A DNA stretch of 64,000 nt from Patescibacteria group bacterium (GCA_038064695.1 JBBTSO010000001.1:85932-149931); one strand, 5' to 3'. Shown: positions 27,021-35,362, numbered from the stretch's first letter. Translations and numbers: made by a program. The notes: generated by a model from the letters alone, not told the origin.

Positions 27021-27536
27021 ATGAAACCTTTCTTACCACTCATTGCAACATCTATCGCAGTACTCCTCCTCGGGGGCGGATATTTTTTCATGCTGACACA
27101 AGTAGACGCATCGGTTTTGCGCATTGAGAGCGCCATTGCGTCTGCTGAAGCGTTGACGAAAAAAGATGTTGGGTTGCAAACGACAGAAGTTTTTCTTAAA
27201 GAAACCACCGAACTCAGGGAAACGCTTGCGACCACCGTGATCGGAAAAGATGATGTGGTTGAAATAATCCAACTATTGGAAACGGTTGCGCGCGACACCA
27301 ACACTGACCTCTCCATCTCTGATGTTGTTCTTGAAAGCGGGGGAGGATGGCAAAGTCACGAGCGAGCGATTGTAGTGTTTTCTCTTGAGGGGTCATTCGG
27401 TGCACTCGTTGAGTTTATGGGGACGATAGAGTCTCTTCCGGTCGTTGCACGTGTGGAAAATTCAAACTTAGAAAAATCGGGTGCACGCACGTGGTTTGGT
27501 ACGTTTACCGTCACCGTGGTAAAAGAAAAACTATGA
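27021..27536 (+). CDS. PilO-like pilus assembly protein
   Basis: N-terminal TM helix, then coiled-coil and ferredoxin-like domain. Operon context. Confidence 0.45.
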   Translation: MKPFLPLIATSIAVLLLGGGYFFMLTQVDASVLRIESAIASAEALTKKDVGLQTTEVFLKETTELRETLATTVIGKDDVVEIIQLLETVARDTNTDLSISDVVLESGGGWQSHERAIVVFSLEGSFGALVEFMGTIESLPVVARVENSNLEKSGARTWFGTFTVTVVKEKL

Positions 27537-27838
27537 AATTCACTTTTTCTCTCAATGACTTTGTCCGATCGCTTTCCCGCCCGCACCCTATTCGCGATTG
27601 GTTTTTACTCATTATTCTTGGAGCAGGGACGCTCATTTCACTTGTTACCTTCGCGGTGTATTACTTTCTCGGCATTCAGTCGGGGAGCATTATTGGAGAT
27701 GCAAGCCAAAACGTGACTCCTATCCCACGAGTGTCACGAGTAGAGTTACAAGAAGTAGTGGACGTACATACGCTACGAGCGGTGAATTATGAAGAAGGGG
27801 AAATTTCTATCCCCGACATTTCTGACCCGTCGCTGTAG
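27533..27838 (+). CDS. small membrane protein (possible PilP-like or other pilus accessory)
   Basis: One TM helix. Start at the MKFTFS ATG. Operon context only. Confidence 0.3.
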   Translation: MKFTFSLNDFVRSLSRPHPIRDWFLLIILGAGTLISLVTFAVYYFLGIQSGSIIGDASQNVTPIPRVSRVELQEVVDVHTLRAVNYEEGEISIPDISDPSL

Positions 27839-27867
27839 GGTATCAATAATGGTATTATCGGCACATT

Positions 27868-27940
27868 GGCCCCGTAGTTTAATGGATAAAACAGGAGACT
27901 TCTAAGCTCTTGATCCAGGTTCGATTCCTGGAGGGGCCAC
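27868..27940 (+). tRNA. tRNA-Arg (anticodon TCT)
   Basis: Acceptor GGCCCCG, D arm GTTTAATGGATAAAAC, anticodon loop CTTCTAA and T arm CCAGGTTCGATTCCTGG. One mismatch at 31-39 and one at 7-66. Confidence 0.8.
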
Positions 27941-27948
27941 CCGCATAA

Positions 27949-27977
27949 AACGCCGACTCTATGTCGGCAGTTTTTAT
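27949..27977 (+). terminator. intrinsic terminator after tRNA-Arg(TCT)
   Basis: gccgactctatgtcggc followed by agttttt. Confidence 0.55.
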
Positions 27978-27992
27978 AAGGGAGGGGCGCTG

Positions 27993-28116
27993 GGCCAGGA
28001 ATCGAAAACCGGAGATGCGACGGCATCGAGGTGGGGTCGCGGAATTTTTCAGCAGAAAAATATCCGTGACCGATGCGTGCTTATGTTTTATATAAGACAC
28101 TTCCTGGCGGGGCCAC
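27993..28116 (+). mobile_element. miniature tRNA-3'-end-associated element (copy at the tRNA-Arg-TCT locus)
   Basis: Starts ggccaggaatcgaaaaccggag, an inverted copy of the tRNA T-loop/3' stem. Contains the ~75 bp core at 28033-28105. Ends acttcctggcggggccac, a direct repeat of the tRNA 3' end ttcctggaggggccac. Confidence 0.55.
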
Positions 28117-28826
28117 TAAAGCACTATTTCTTTTTTCTCTCTGAGTAGGCGGATACCGAGGTAGGAGAGCGGGGTATACAAGAAACCCATCGCTACCTTA
28201 AAGAGCCACCACGTAATAATAATGCTAATGAGCGTGTTGGTGTCGTAGACTCCCAAAAATGCAATGAGCATAAAAATGACCGTGTCTAAAAGTTGAGACC
28301 ATGTGTTTGAAAGGAATGAGCGAAGCCAAAATAATTTTGCGCCGAATTTTTCTCGAAAAAAGAAAAACGACACTACGTCTTGATACTCTGCAATTAAAAA
28401 CGCCGCGAGCGACGCTACGGCAATGCGAAGCGAAATACCAAATACTTGGTTGTACCCGTTGTGCACCCACTCACCACTTTCTGCCCAGGGAAGCGCGAGC
28501 GAAAGTAGTGAGAATGCAATAAAGAGTGCCGTACTTATAAACCCCGCAAACACAAACAGTTTTGCGATGCGTTTTCCGTACACTTCACCAATAACGTCGG
28601 TCATTAAGAATACGATAGGGAATGAAAACACCGCCACCGAGAGGTGTGAACCAAACAAAAAAGGCATTATTTTTAGCCCGAGCGTGTTTGCGGCAAAAAG
28701 CGCTGTGAGGTACACCGTGAGTGCAATACCAAGGTTGCGAATGGAGCGTTCGGAGAGTTCAGGCATAGTGAATGAAAACAGTATGCCACAGAGAAACAAT
28801 AAGCCGAACATTCTTTTTGCGGTCAC
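28116..28826 (-). CDS. YhhQ-family (queuosine-precursor transporter-like) membrane protein
   Basis: VFSFPIVFLMTDVIGEVYGKR resembles the YhhQ/DUF165 signature. Six TM helices. Confidence 0.55.
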   Translation of the reverse strand: MTAKRMFGLLFLCGILFSFTMPELSERSIRNLGIALTVYLTALFAANTLGLKIMPFLFGSHLSVAVFSFPIVFLMTDVIGEVYGKRIAKLFVFAGFISTALFIAFSLLSLALPWAESGEWVHNGYNQVFGISLRIAVASLAAFLIAEYQDVVSFFFFREKFGAKLFWLRSFLSNTWSQLLDTVIFMLIAFLGVYDTNTLISIIITWWLFKVAMGFLYTPLSYLGIRLLREKKEIVL

Positions 28827-29062
28827 AATTCTTTATTTTGTGGTCACCCGGCGCTGAGAGACTTGGTCAAGCGCTCGTTCGGCGTATAAAACAATGAGCC
28901 GAACATTCTTTATGTGGTCACTCGTCACTAAGTATTTTTCTTCCTGTTGTCGAAAAATACTAAGTGCGTTCGACCCCGCCTCGCGGTCGCGTGCTTCACG
29001 CGACATCACTCCGGCCCCCACAAAGCAAAAAACCGGTACGCAGGTACCGATTTTTGTCTTTG

Positions 29063-29135
29063 TGGGCGCTGAGGGACTTGAACCCCCGACCTTCTCAGTG
29101 TAAATGAGTTGCTCTACCAACTGAGCTAAGCGCCC
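29063..29135 (-). tRNA. tRNA-Val (anticodon TAC)
   Basis: Reverse complement gives GGGCGCT acceptor, GCTCAGTTGGTAGAGC D arm, anticodon loop TTTACAC and T arm GGGGGTTCAAGTCCCTC. Confidence 0.85.
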
Positions 29136-29194
29136 GCTGAGTTTGAATCATAGTATATTAAGCGCCGTTTTTCAAACCGCGGTATAGTTCTTGC

Positions 29195-29473
29195 ATGGGC
29201 GCCGCACTGCACACAATTATTTCCGGGCGAGTACAAATGGTGATGTTTCGTGACTTCACCCAACGTAAGGCTCGTGAACTTGGATTAGTTGGGGAGGTGG
29301 AAAATCTCCCCGACGGTACCGTGCGTGTGTACGCCGAAGGGGAGAAAGAAAAACTTGAAAAGCTCGTTGAACATCTTAATAAAGGGCCTCTGCTTGCACA
29401 TGTTGAGAATGTGGCGGTGTCTTTTTCTGATGCGGTTGGGACCCATAAAGATTTTGTCATTCTATTTGAATAA
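29195..29473 (+). CDS. acyP: acylphosphatase
   Basis: VQMVMFRDFTQRKARELGLVGEVENLPDGTVRV matches the acylphosphatase signature pattern. Confidence 0.75.
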   Translation: MGAALHTIISGRVQMVMFRDFTQRKARELGLVGEVENLPDGTVRVYAEGEKEKLEKLVEHLNKGPLLAHVENVAVSFSDAVGTHKDFVILFE

Positions 29474-29475
29474 CT

Positions 29476-30195
29476 ATGGATATTATTTTTGAAAACAGTG
29501 ACGTGTGCGTCATCAATAAGCCAGGTGCGATGAGTGCTCACCAGGATGGTTTTCGTGAAGAATATACGGTGTCCGACTGGTTTGTGGAGCATGTGCCTTC
29601 CGCAAAAGATGTCGGGGAGCCGCTGGTTTTAAAAGATGGAACGAGTGTCCCCAGACATGGCGTGGTACACCGGCTCGACAAAGAAACCTCAGGGGTAATG
29701 ATACTCGCCAAAACACAAGAAGCGTTTCTCTTTTTAAAAACACAATTTCAAGACCGCGAAGTTGAAAAAGTGTACCGAGCTTTTTTGTGGGGGGAGATAA
29801 AAGTAGACGGTGGTGTTATAGACAAACCAATCGGGCGCTCTCGAGGGGACTTCCGCACGCGTTCAGCAGAGTTTGGCGCCAAACCACCGCTCCGTGAAGC
29901 CACAACAAACTTCACCGTACTCGCTCGTGGCGGGGGATTTACCTACGTTGAAGCACGGCCAGAAACGGGACGCATGCACCAACTGCGGGTGCACTTTAAG
30001 GCACACGGGAACCCCATTGTGTGTGACAAACTCTATATGCCCAGGCGTGACTGTGCCCTTGGCTTCTCTCGCCTTGCGCTCCATGCCCTTTCCCTTTCTC
30101 TAACCCTTCCCACGGGAGAAAAACATACTGTAGAGGCGCCACTTCCTGAGGATTTTCGCCAGGCAGAAGAAGAGATAAGGAAAAACATTGCTTAA
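29476..30195 (+). CDS. RluA-family pseudouridine synthase
   Basis: Catalytic motif HRLDKETSGVMILAKT. Confidence 0.85.
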   Translation: MDIIFENSDVCVINKPGAMSAHQDGFREEYTVSDWFVEHVPSAKDVGEPLVLKDGTSVPRHGVVHRLDKETSGVMILAKTQEAFLFLKTQFQDREVEKVYRAFLWGEIKVDGGVIDKPIGRSRGDFRTRSAEFGAKPPLREATTNFTVLARGGGFTYVEARPETGRMHQLRVHFKAHGNPIVCDKLYMPRRDCALGFSRLALHALSLSLTLPTGEKHTVEAPLPEDFRQAEEEIRKNIA

Positions 30196-30225
30196 AAGCT
30201 CGCTTCATGGTATTTTTCTCCGTAC

Positions 30226-30789
30226 ATGACTATTACGCTAGACGCTAAGACTCTCTCACCGGTAAACGTTGAGGAACGCAAAAATCTCGGTATTCGCGCA
30301 GGGGACACTGTTCGCGTACACCAGAAAATTCAGGAAAAGGGTAAAACTCGTATCCAGATTTTTGAGGGGCTCGTTATTGCGCGAAAACACGGCAGTGAAG
30401 CAGGGGCAACCTTCACCGTTCGCGCCACGCTCTCGGGAGTAGGCGTTGAAAAAATCTTTCCTCTTTATTCACCTCTCATTGATAGAATTGAAATCGCTCG
30501 ACGTTCAAAAGTACGACGCGCAAAACTGTACTACATTCGTGAAAAAGTTGCTCGTGAAATCCGCCGACAACTTCGCAATATGCGCATGGTGTCGCTTTCA
30601 ACCGAAAGTGAACGCGAAGTAGCGGAACGTGCTGAGAAAGAAGCTGCTGATGCCGCTGCGACGCTTCAAGCAGAAGCAGAGGCGAAGGCACTTGCTGAAA
30701 AGGAAGCAGCCGAAAAAGAAGCGGCAGCTGCCGCTCCCGCTCCCGTAGAGCCAACTCCAGAGGTGGCCGAGGAAAACAAAGAGGCGTAG
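30226..30789 (+). CDS. rplS: 50S ribosomal protein L19 with a C-terminal Ala/Glu/Lys-rich extension
   Basis: [29 protein letters not shown] is bL19. A low-complexity tail of about 60 aa follows. Confidence 0.85.
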   Translation: MTITLDAKTLSPVNVEERKNLGIRAGDTVRVHQKIQEKGKTRIQIFEGLVIARKHGSEAGATFTVRATLSGVGVEKIFPLYSPLIDRIEIARRSKVRRAKLYYIREKVAREIRRQLRNMRMVSLSTESEREVAERAEKEAADAAATLQAEAEAKALAEKEAAEKEAAAAAPAPVEPTPEVAEENKEA

Positions 30790-31122
30790 TATAGGATATA
30801 TATATATGTCTTCTATAGAAGAAAGGGCAGGTTTAAAACAGGCTGGTAGAGAACTAAGAGACGTTGGAGTGTATGTAATAGGATGGAGTGCGTTCCATTT
30901 GTTTGCGACCATTCCTGCCATTGTTGTAGGAATAGTTGCAACGCATGCCCTTTTTAATGACATTCCTCTTGATGAGGCGTTTTCTATATTTGCCACAGAG
31001 GAATAGTTTTGTTTGCAAAAAGGCAAAAACCCCATAGAATACAAACACGCGCAGGTATGCAAGTATACCTGAGCAGCATTCGTAGAAAATGCGCACGTTG
31101 TCGCTCGTTTTCCTACTCATTT

Positions 31123-31206
31123 GCGCAGGTGGCGAAATTGGTAGACGCACTACCTTGAGGTGGTAGCTCCCGCAAGGGAATGGAGGTTCAAATCCTCTCC
31201 TGCGCA
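31123..31206 (+). tRNA. tRNA-Leu (anticodon GAG)
   Basis: Acceptor GCGCAGG, anticodon stem CTACC/GGTAG with loop TTGAGGT, a long variable arm and T arm GGAGGTTCAAATCCTCT. Confidence 0.85.
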
Positions 31207-31210
31207 CACG

Positions 31211-31243
31211 GCCCAAAAACTCAAACTTCTTTGAGTTTTTGGG
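31211..31243 (+). terminator. intrinsic terminator after tRNA-Leu
   Basis: gcccaaaaactcaaa-cttc-tttgagtttttgggc. Confidence 0.6.
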
Positions 31244-31371
31244 CACGTATGCGGGCCGGAGCCATGTTTTCCGTTTCGGAAAACGGGCGAGGAGGGGTCA
31301 CAACCGAGGCGAACGACGGTAAGCCGAGAGTTGTGACCACACGGCGATAAATCCGCATCCCGCTTCTTCAT

Positions 31372-31444
31372 GGTGGCTATGGTGTAACGGTTAACACTGG
31401 AGCTTGTGGAGCTCTCGATCAGGGTTCGATTCCCTGTAGCCACC
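31372..31444 (+). tRNA. tRNA-His (anticodon GTG) with genomically encoded G-1
   Basis: GGTGGCTA...TAGCCACC gives an 8-bp acceptor including G-1. Anticodon loop TTGTGGA, T arm CAGGGTTCGATTCCCTG. Confidence 0.85.
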
Positions 31445-31507
31445 CAGAATAATAAAATTCCGCGCGTGCGGGTTTTTTATTGCTCTGGGGGCTAAACGAG
31501 CAAATTG

Positions 31508-31627
31508 TTTTGCTCGTGTTGGGAATCGAAAGTCGGAGCCATGTCGCTTGCGACAGGTGAGACCGGGTAGGAGCCACTTAACGAGTGTGGCGAGTTTAGT
31601 GAGCTGGCGCCGATTCCCTGTAGCCAC
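31508..31627 (+). mobile_element. miniature tRNA-3'-end-associated element (copy at the tRNA-His locus)
   Basis: Starts gggaatcgaaagtcggag, an inverted copy of the tRNA T-loop region. Ends ccgattccctgtagccaccca, a direct repeat of the tRNA-His 3' end. Confidence 0.5.
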
Positions 31628-31655
31628 CCATTTTGTACGTTATAGTTTGAGTAAC

Positions 31656-32735
31656 GTGAAAAGTTTTTTTGAGTTACTGGAGAGATACAAACAACGCCTT
31701 CCTACCGTTGCGCTGGTGGTTGGTTTCGTTGTTGACATCATTACCTTTCGAAATCTTAACCTCTTCTACTCGCAAATTATCCTTGCAACACACCTTGCCA
31801 TTGTGGCGTTTTCAATTTTGATTATCGCGCTTCCCGTAAAAGCTGCTCGAGACTCATTTTTTATGAAAGTGCGGTCATGGCTACCAGTTGCACAGCAGTA
31901 TTCAACGGGTAACCTTCTCTCTGCGTATGTGGTGTTGTACTCAGCGAGCGCCTCAATCGTGAACAGTTGGATATTTTTTGCGCTCCTTGCGCTCAGCGTG
32001 TTAGGAAATGAACTCTTCAAATTAAAGAAGTATCAACTATCTTTCAACACCTCGCTCTTCTTTTTAAACCTGCTGCTCTTCTTTGCTCTAGCGCTTCCGA
32101 TTGTGGTGGGTTCAATTTCAGTAGCGACTTTCTTGCTCGCGTTGATTGCCGGTGCGGTTGTTTTTCAGATTTTTCAATGGATTCTCAGATTCGTGGCGAA
32201 AGAGGTTTTTTTGCGAAACCGCAAAGGCATTCACCGCGGCGCGCAATTCGTGTTTGTGTTCCTTACCGTTCTTTATTTTTTGAACATCATTCCACCTATT
32301 CCGCTTTCACTCAAAGTTGCTGATTTTTATCACCGCGTAGAAAAGGTAGGAAGCGAGTATGTGGCGTACGACGAACCGCGCGGGTTTTTTGAACATTTTT
32401 TTACCGTGCAGGGGAAAACGCTCCGCCTTGCGCAAGGTGAAGACGCATACCTCTTTAGTGCCGTTTTTGCTCCGGCGCGCATCGACGCGAACATCGTTCA
32501 CCGGTGGGAGTTTTTTGACCTGACCTCTGGGCAGTGGCATGCAAAAAATGAAGTAGGGTTCTCTATTGTAGGAGGGCGAGACTTAGGGTATAGAGTATTT
32601 TCTTATACCGAAGACCCCGTGCCTGGCAGGTGGCGGGTATCGGTTGCGACCACCAAAGGTCAGGTGATCGGGCGAGCGTATGTTTTTGTTGAGCGCGTAA
32701 ATACGCCGCCCCTCTTAGAAAGTTTTCAACAGTAA
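31656..32735 (+). CDS. multi-pass membrane protein with a C-terminal soluble domain (hypothetical)
   Basis: The listed ORF starts inside the tRNA-His 3'-end repeat, so it is trimmed to the in-frame GTG at 31656. Six to eight TM helices. Confidence 0.45.
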   Translation: MKSFFELLERYKQRLPTVALVVGFVVDIITFRNLNLFYSQIILATHLAIVAFSILIIALPVKAARDSFFMKVRSWLPVAQQYSTGNLLSAYVVLYSASASIVNSWIFFALLALSVLGNELFKLKKYQLSFNTSLFFLNLLLFFALALPIVVGSISVATFLLALIAGAVVFQIFQWILRFVAKEVFLRNRKGIHRGAQFVFVFLTVLYFLNIIPPIPLSLKVADFYHRVEKVGSEYVAYDEPRGFFEHFFTVQGKTLRLAQGEDAYLFSAVFAPARIDANIVHRWEFFDLTSGQWHAKNEVGFSIVGGRDLGYRVFSYTEDPVPGRWRVSVATTKGQVIGRAYVFVERVNTPPLLESFQQ

Positions 32736-32775
32736 TTTTTTTGAGAAGTAGCTATGACGGTGTACGGTTACCCAC

Positions 32776-33006
32776 ATGAGAGAGAAATTTTTTAATTCAC
32801 TTTACGCGTCTCTAGAGTGGCGATTTTTTGCCTTTGTCATCACGAATCTTTTTCTTTGGACAACCTCGCACTCCTTTTGGAAGGCGGCAGGACTCGCGTT
32901 AGCGCTTCAAATTATTCTTTTTGTCGCGTACACCTTCTGGCATTTTGTTCGCCACGAACACGGGCTTGACCGAATGTTTGCTGGTACGCCCCCACAACGC
33001 TCATAA
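32776..33006 (+). CDS. small membrane protein
   Basis: 76 aa with two TM helices. Confidence 0.3.
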   Translation: MREKFFNSLYASLEWRFFAFVITNLFLWTTSHSFWKAAGLALALQIILFVAYTFWHFVRHEHGLDRMFAGTPPQRS

Positions 33007-33035
33007 GGGTAGTAGGAGTTTGCTAGACTGAATGT

Positions 33036-33419
33036 ATGCACTACATTCAAAACCTTGAAGACGATACACGCGCCAACACGAACTTTAGAACGGTCGTCTA
33101 CACGGACCCTCGTTTTCAGTTGGTCCTTATGAGTCTTTTACCAGGGGAAGACATTGGAGAAGAGGTGCACGACCTGGATCAGTTTATTCGCATTGAAGTA
33201 GGTAATGGGCAGGCAGTTGTTGACGGTACTACCCATGTGCTTTTTCCAGGAAGTGCCGTCATTATTCCAAAAGGAGCGCGCCACAACATTGTAAATACCT
33301 CAGAGGCCGAAGCGCTTAAGCTCTACTCCGTGTATGCGCCCGCACAACATCCCGCGGGAACCGTGCATAAGACTAAAGCTGAAGCGCAAATCGCTGAAGC
33401 AGGAGAGCACGGAAATTAA
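33036..33419 (+). CDS. cupin domain protein
   Basis: Two-His cupin motifs (EEVHDLDQFIRIEVGNG; PKGARHNIVNTSE). Confidence 0.7.
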   Translation: MHYIQNLEDDTRANTNFRTVVYTDPRFQLVLMSLLPGEDIGEEVHDLDQFIRIEVGNGQAVVDGTTHVLFPGSAVIIPKGARHNIVNTSEAEALKLYSVYAPAQHPAGTVHKTKAEAQIAEAGEHGN

Positions 33420-33635
33420 TAACTAATGCAGGTCGGCGCTTGCGTCGCGTCGTAAGGACGGTACGCGACATGATCCCGCAGGATCAATTGCGCCGGCCTG
33501 ACTTCGCTAAGTCACATGAAAAAACAAATTCCTTTTCGAGGCACTGGAGATAAACGAACGTCACCTATGCGCGTTGCCCCTCGTATGGGCAATCAGCAGA
33601 AAAATAGGGGAATGAAAAAATCTTCTCGAGGGTAA

Positions 33636-34424
33636 CTATTCAACCAAGAGGAGCGCGAACATTATTCCAATACCAACAATAACGGCAATAAATTCAACCG
33701 CTGACTTGACCGGGTGATGCGTTTTTTGTAATTCAGGAACAAGATTTGCGGCGGCAATATAAATAAACCCGCCGGCGGTGAGCGCGATGGCAATGGGCTC
33801 AATTGATTCTATGCGGTCTCCGAGCGCGAGGAACGCAAAAATGCCCAAGAACGCAGTGATGGCAGAAATAAAATTCCAAAACAGTGCTTCGGCACGCGTG
33901 TACCCTGAGTGTAAGAGGAGCGCGTAGTCGCTCACTTCCTGAGGAACTTCGTGAAGAAATACGGCAACGGTCGTTGCAATACCTACAGGAATTGAGACAA
34001 AGTAACTGGCAGCAATAATACCGCCATCTATAAAGTTGTGAACACCGTCTCCGAAGAGCACCAAAAGCCCGAGTGGTTTTTTATTGCTGACGACACACAC
34101 CTCTCCCGGCGGGCATACTTTGTGGTGATTTGTTTTATTGTACCAACGGAGGTATTTCTCCAAGAAAAAAAAGAGGACAATGCCCGACAGTACGGCCCCC
34201 GCAAAAAGAGCACCGCTCAAACCTGCTTCAAAGACTTCAGGAATAAGGTGAATAAACGCGTCTCCTAAAAGGGCGCCCGCGGCGAGTCCAATAAAAACGT
34301 GCATACTTTTTTTTATCAGCCGGTCGTGTTTTGAGAATATAAAAATGCCAATGAGTGAGATGAGACTCACTATAAGGGTACTGAGAAGTGCGTAGGCAAG
34401 GGGGGTTGTCATAAGTTCCTGCAC
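33636..34424 (-). CDS. ZIP family metal transporter (ZupT-like)
   Basis: HNFIDGGIIAAS and GIATTVAVFLHEVPQEVSDYALL, the ZIP metal-binding helices. Confidence 0.8.
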   Translation of the reverse strand: MQELMTTPLAYALLSTLIVSLISLIGIFIFSKHDRLIKKSMHVFIGLAAGALLGDAFIHLIPEVFEAGLSGALFAGAVLSGIVLFFFLEKYLRWYNKTNHHKVCPPGEVCVVSNKKPLGLLVLFGDGVHNFIDGGIIAASYFVSIPVGIATTVAVFLHEVPQEVSDYALLLHSGYTRAEALFWNFISAITAFLGIFAFLALGDRIESIEPIAIALTAGGFIYIAAANLVPELQKTHHPVKSAVEFIAVIVGIGIMFALLLVE

Positions 34425-34573
34425 AGAGAGGATTCCTATATTCTAGTATACCTCTCCCTGCGCCAGGTGAAAGAAATTCGTTGCTCAGGCGTCTTTGAAT
34501 TGTAACCACCCTTTATTACAACAGTGGTACAATTTTGAGATAGAAACCTAAACGTCATAACCATAAAAACCAT

Positions 34574-35362
34574 ATGAAACTTTTCGAAAGTGCCCGCATT
34601 GAAAAACTTGCCGCACTCTTTCTGTTAGTCGCTGCACTCCTCGTTGCTTTCCAAGCGATTGGTGCACTAAAGGGCCTTTTTGAGCCACGCGCTGCCTACG
34701 GCAACGTCATCACCGTGGAAGGGGTAGGAAAGGTAACGGCAATTCCTGACATTGCACGCGTCTCGTTTAGCGTAAACGAAGAAGCTGACACTGCAGCCGA
34801 TGCACAGGAAATGGCAGCGGAGAAAATTAATGCCGCATTGGATCTTCTAAAAGGCGAGCTCGGAATTGAAGAAAAAGATATCAAAACCACGTCGTACAAC
34901 ATTTCTCCAAAGTATTCGTACCCACGTCCTTGCTACAGCGGATTCTGTCCCGAAATACAGTACGAACAAACTATCATCGGATATACCGCGTCACAGTCCA
35001 TTGAAGTAAAAATCCGTGACACTAAAACAGTAGGGGATGTGCTTGTAGCGCTCGGAGGTGTCGGTATTGAAAACCTCTCAGGGCCAAGCTTCACCATTGA
35101 TGATCCTGAAGCGCTCAAAGCAGAAGCGCGCGAAGAGGCAATTGAGCAAGCACGTACTAAAGCGAAGGAGTTAGCAAAAGACCTCAACGTGCGTTTGGTT
35201 CGCGTGACGGGGTTCTGGGAGAACACTGGCGGATATTACCCTTACGCTGAAAAAGCATACGGCCTTGGGGGTGACATGGCAGTCAGTTCAGTTGCACCAG
35301 AATTGCCTCTCGGGGAGAGTGAAGTGCAGGTAAACGTCTCAGTGACCTACGAAATTCGCTAA
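34574..35362 (+). CDS. SIMPL/DUF541 domain periplasmic protein
   Basis: Signal/TM region followed by a SIMPL-like fold (GVGKVTAIPDIARVSFSV...). Confidence 0.65.
   Translation: MKLFESARIEKLAALFLLVAALLVAFQAIGALKGLFEPRAAYGNVITVEGVGKVTAIPDIARVSFSVNEEADTAADAQEMAAEKINAALDLLKGELGIEEKDIKTTSYNISPKYSYPRPCYSGFCPEIQYEQTIIGYTASQSIEVKIRDTKTVGDVLVALGGVGIENLSGPSFTIDDPEALKAEAREEAIEQARTKAKELAKDLNVRLVRVTGFWENTGGYYPYAEKAYGLGGDMAVSSVAPELPLGESEVQVNVSVTYEIR

Noticed and set aside
26600-27316. 238-aa ORF on the minus strand antisense to the PilN-like and PilO-like genes
   Set aside because: Ser/Thr/Val-rich low-complexity translation with no start context. It lies entirely inside better-supported plus-strand genes.
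27993-28013. T-arm-like sequence ggccaggaatcgaaaaccgg as a possible tRNA pseudogene or split tRNA
   Set aside because: On neither strand do the flanking bases form a complementary T-stem. It is better explained as an inverted copy of the cognate tRNA T-loop segment, forming the element terminus.
31548-31655. N-terminal 36 codons of the listed 395-aa ORF
   Set aside because: This stretch is a direct repeat of the tRNA-His 3' end and belongs to the mini-element. The start was moved to the in-frame GTG at 31656.
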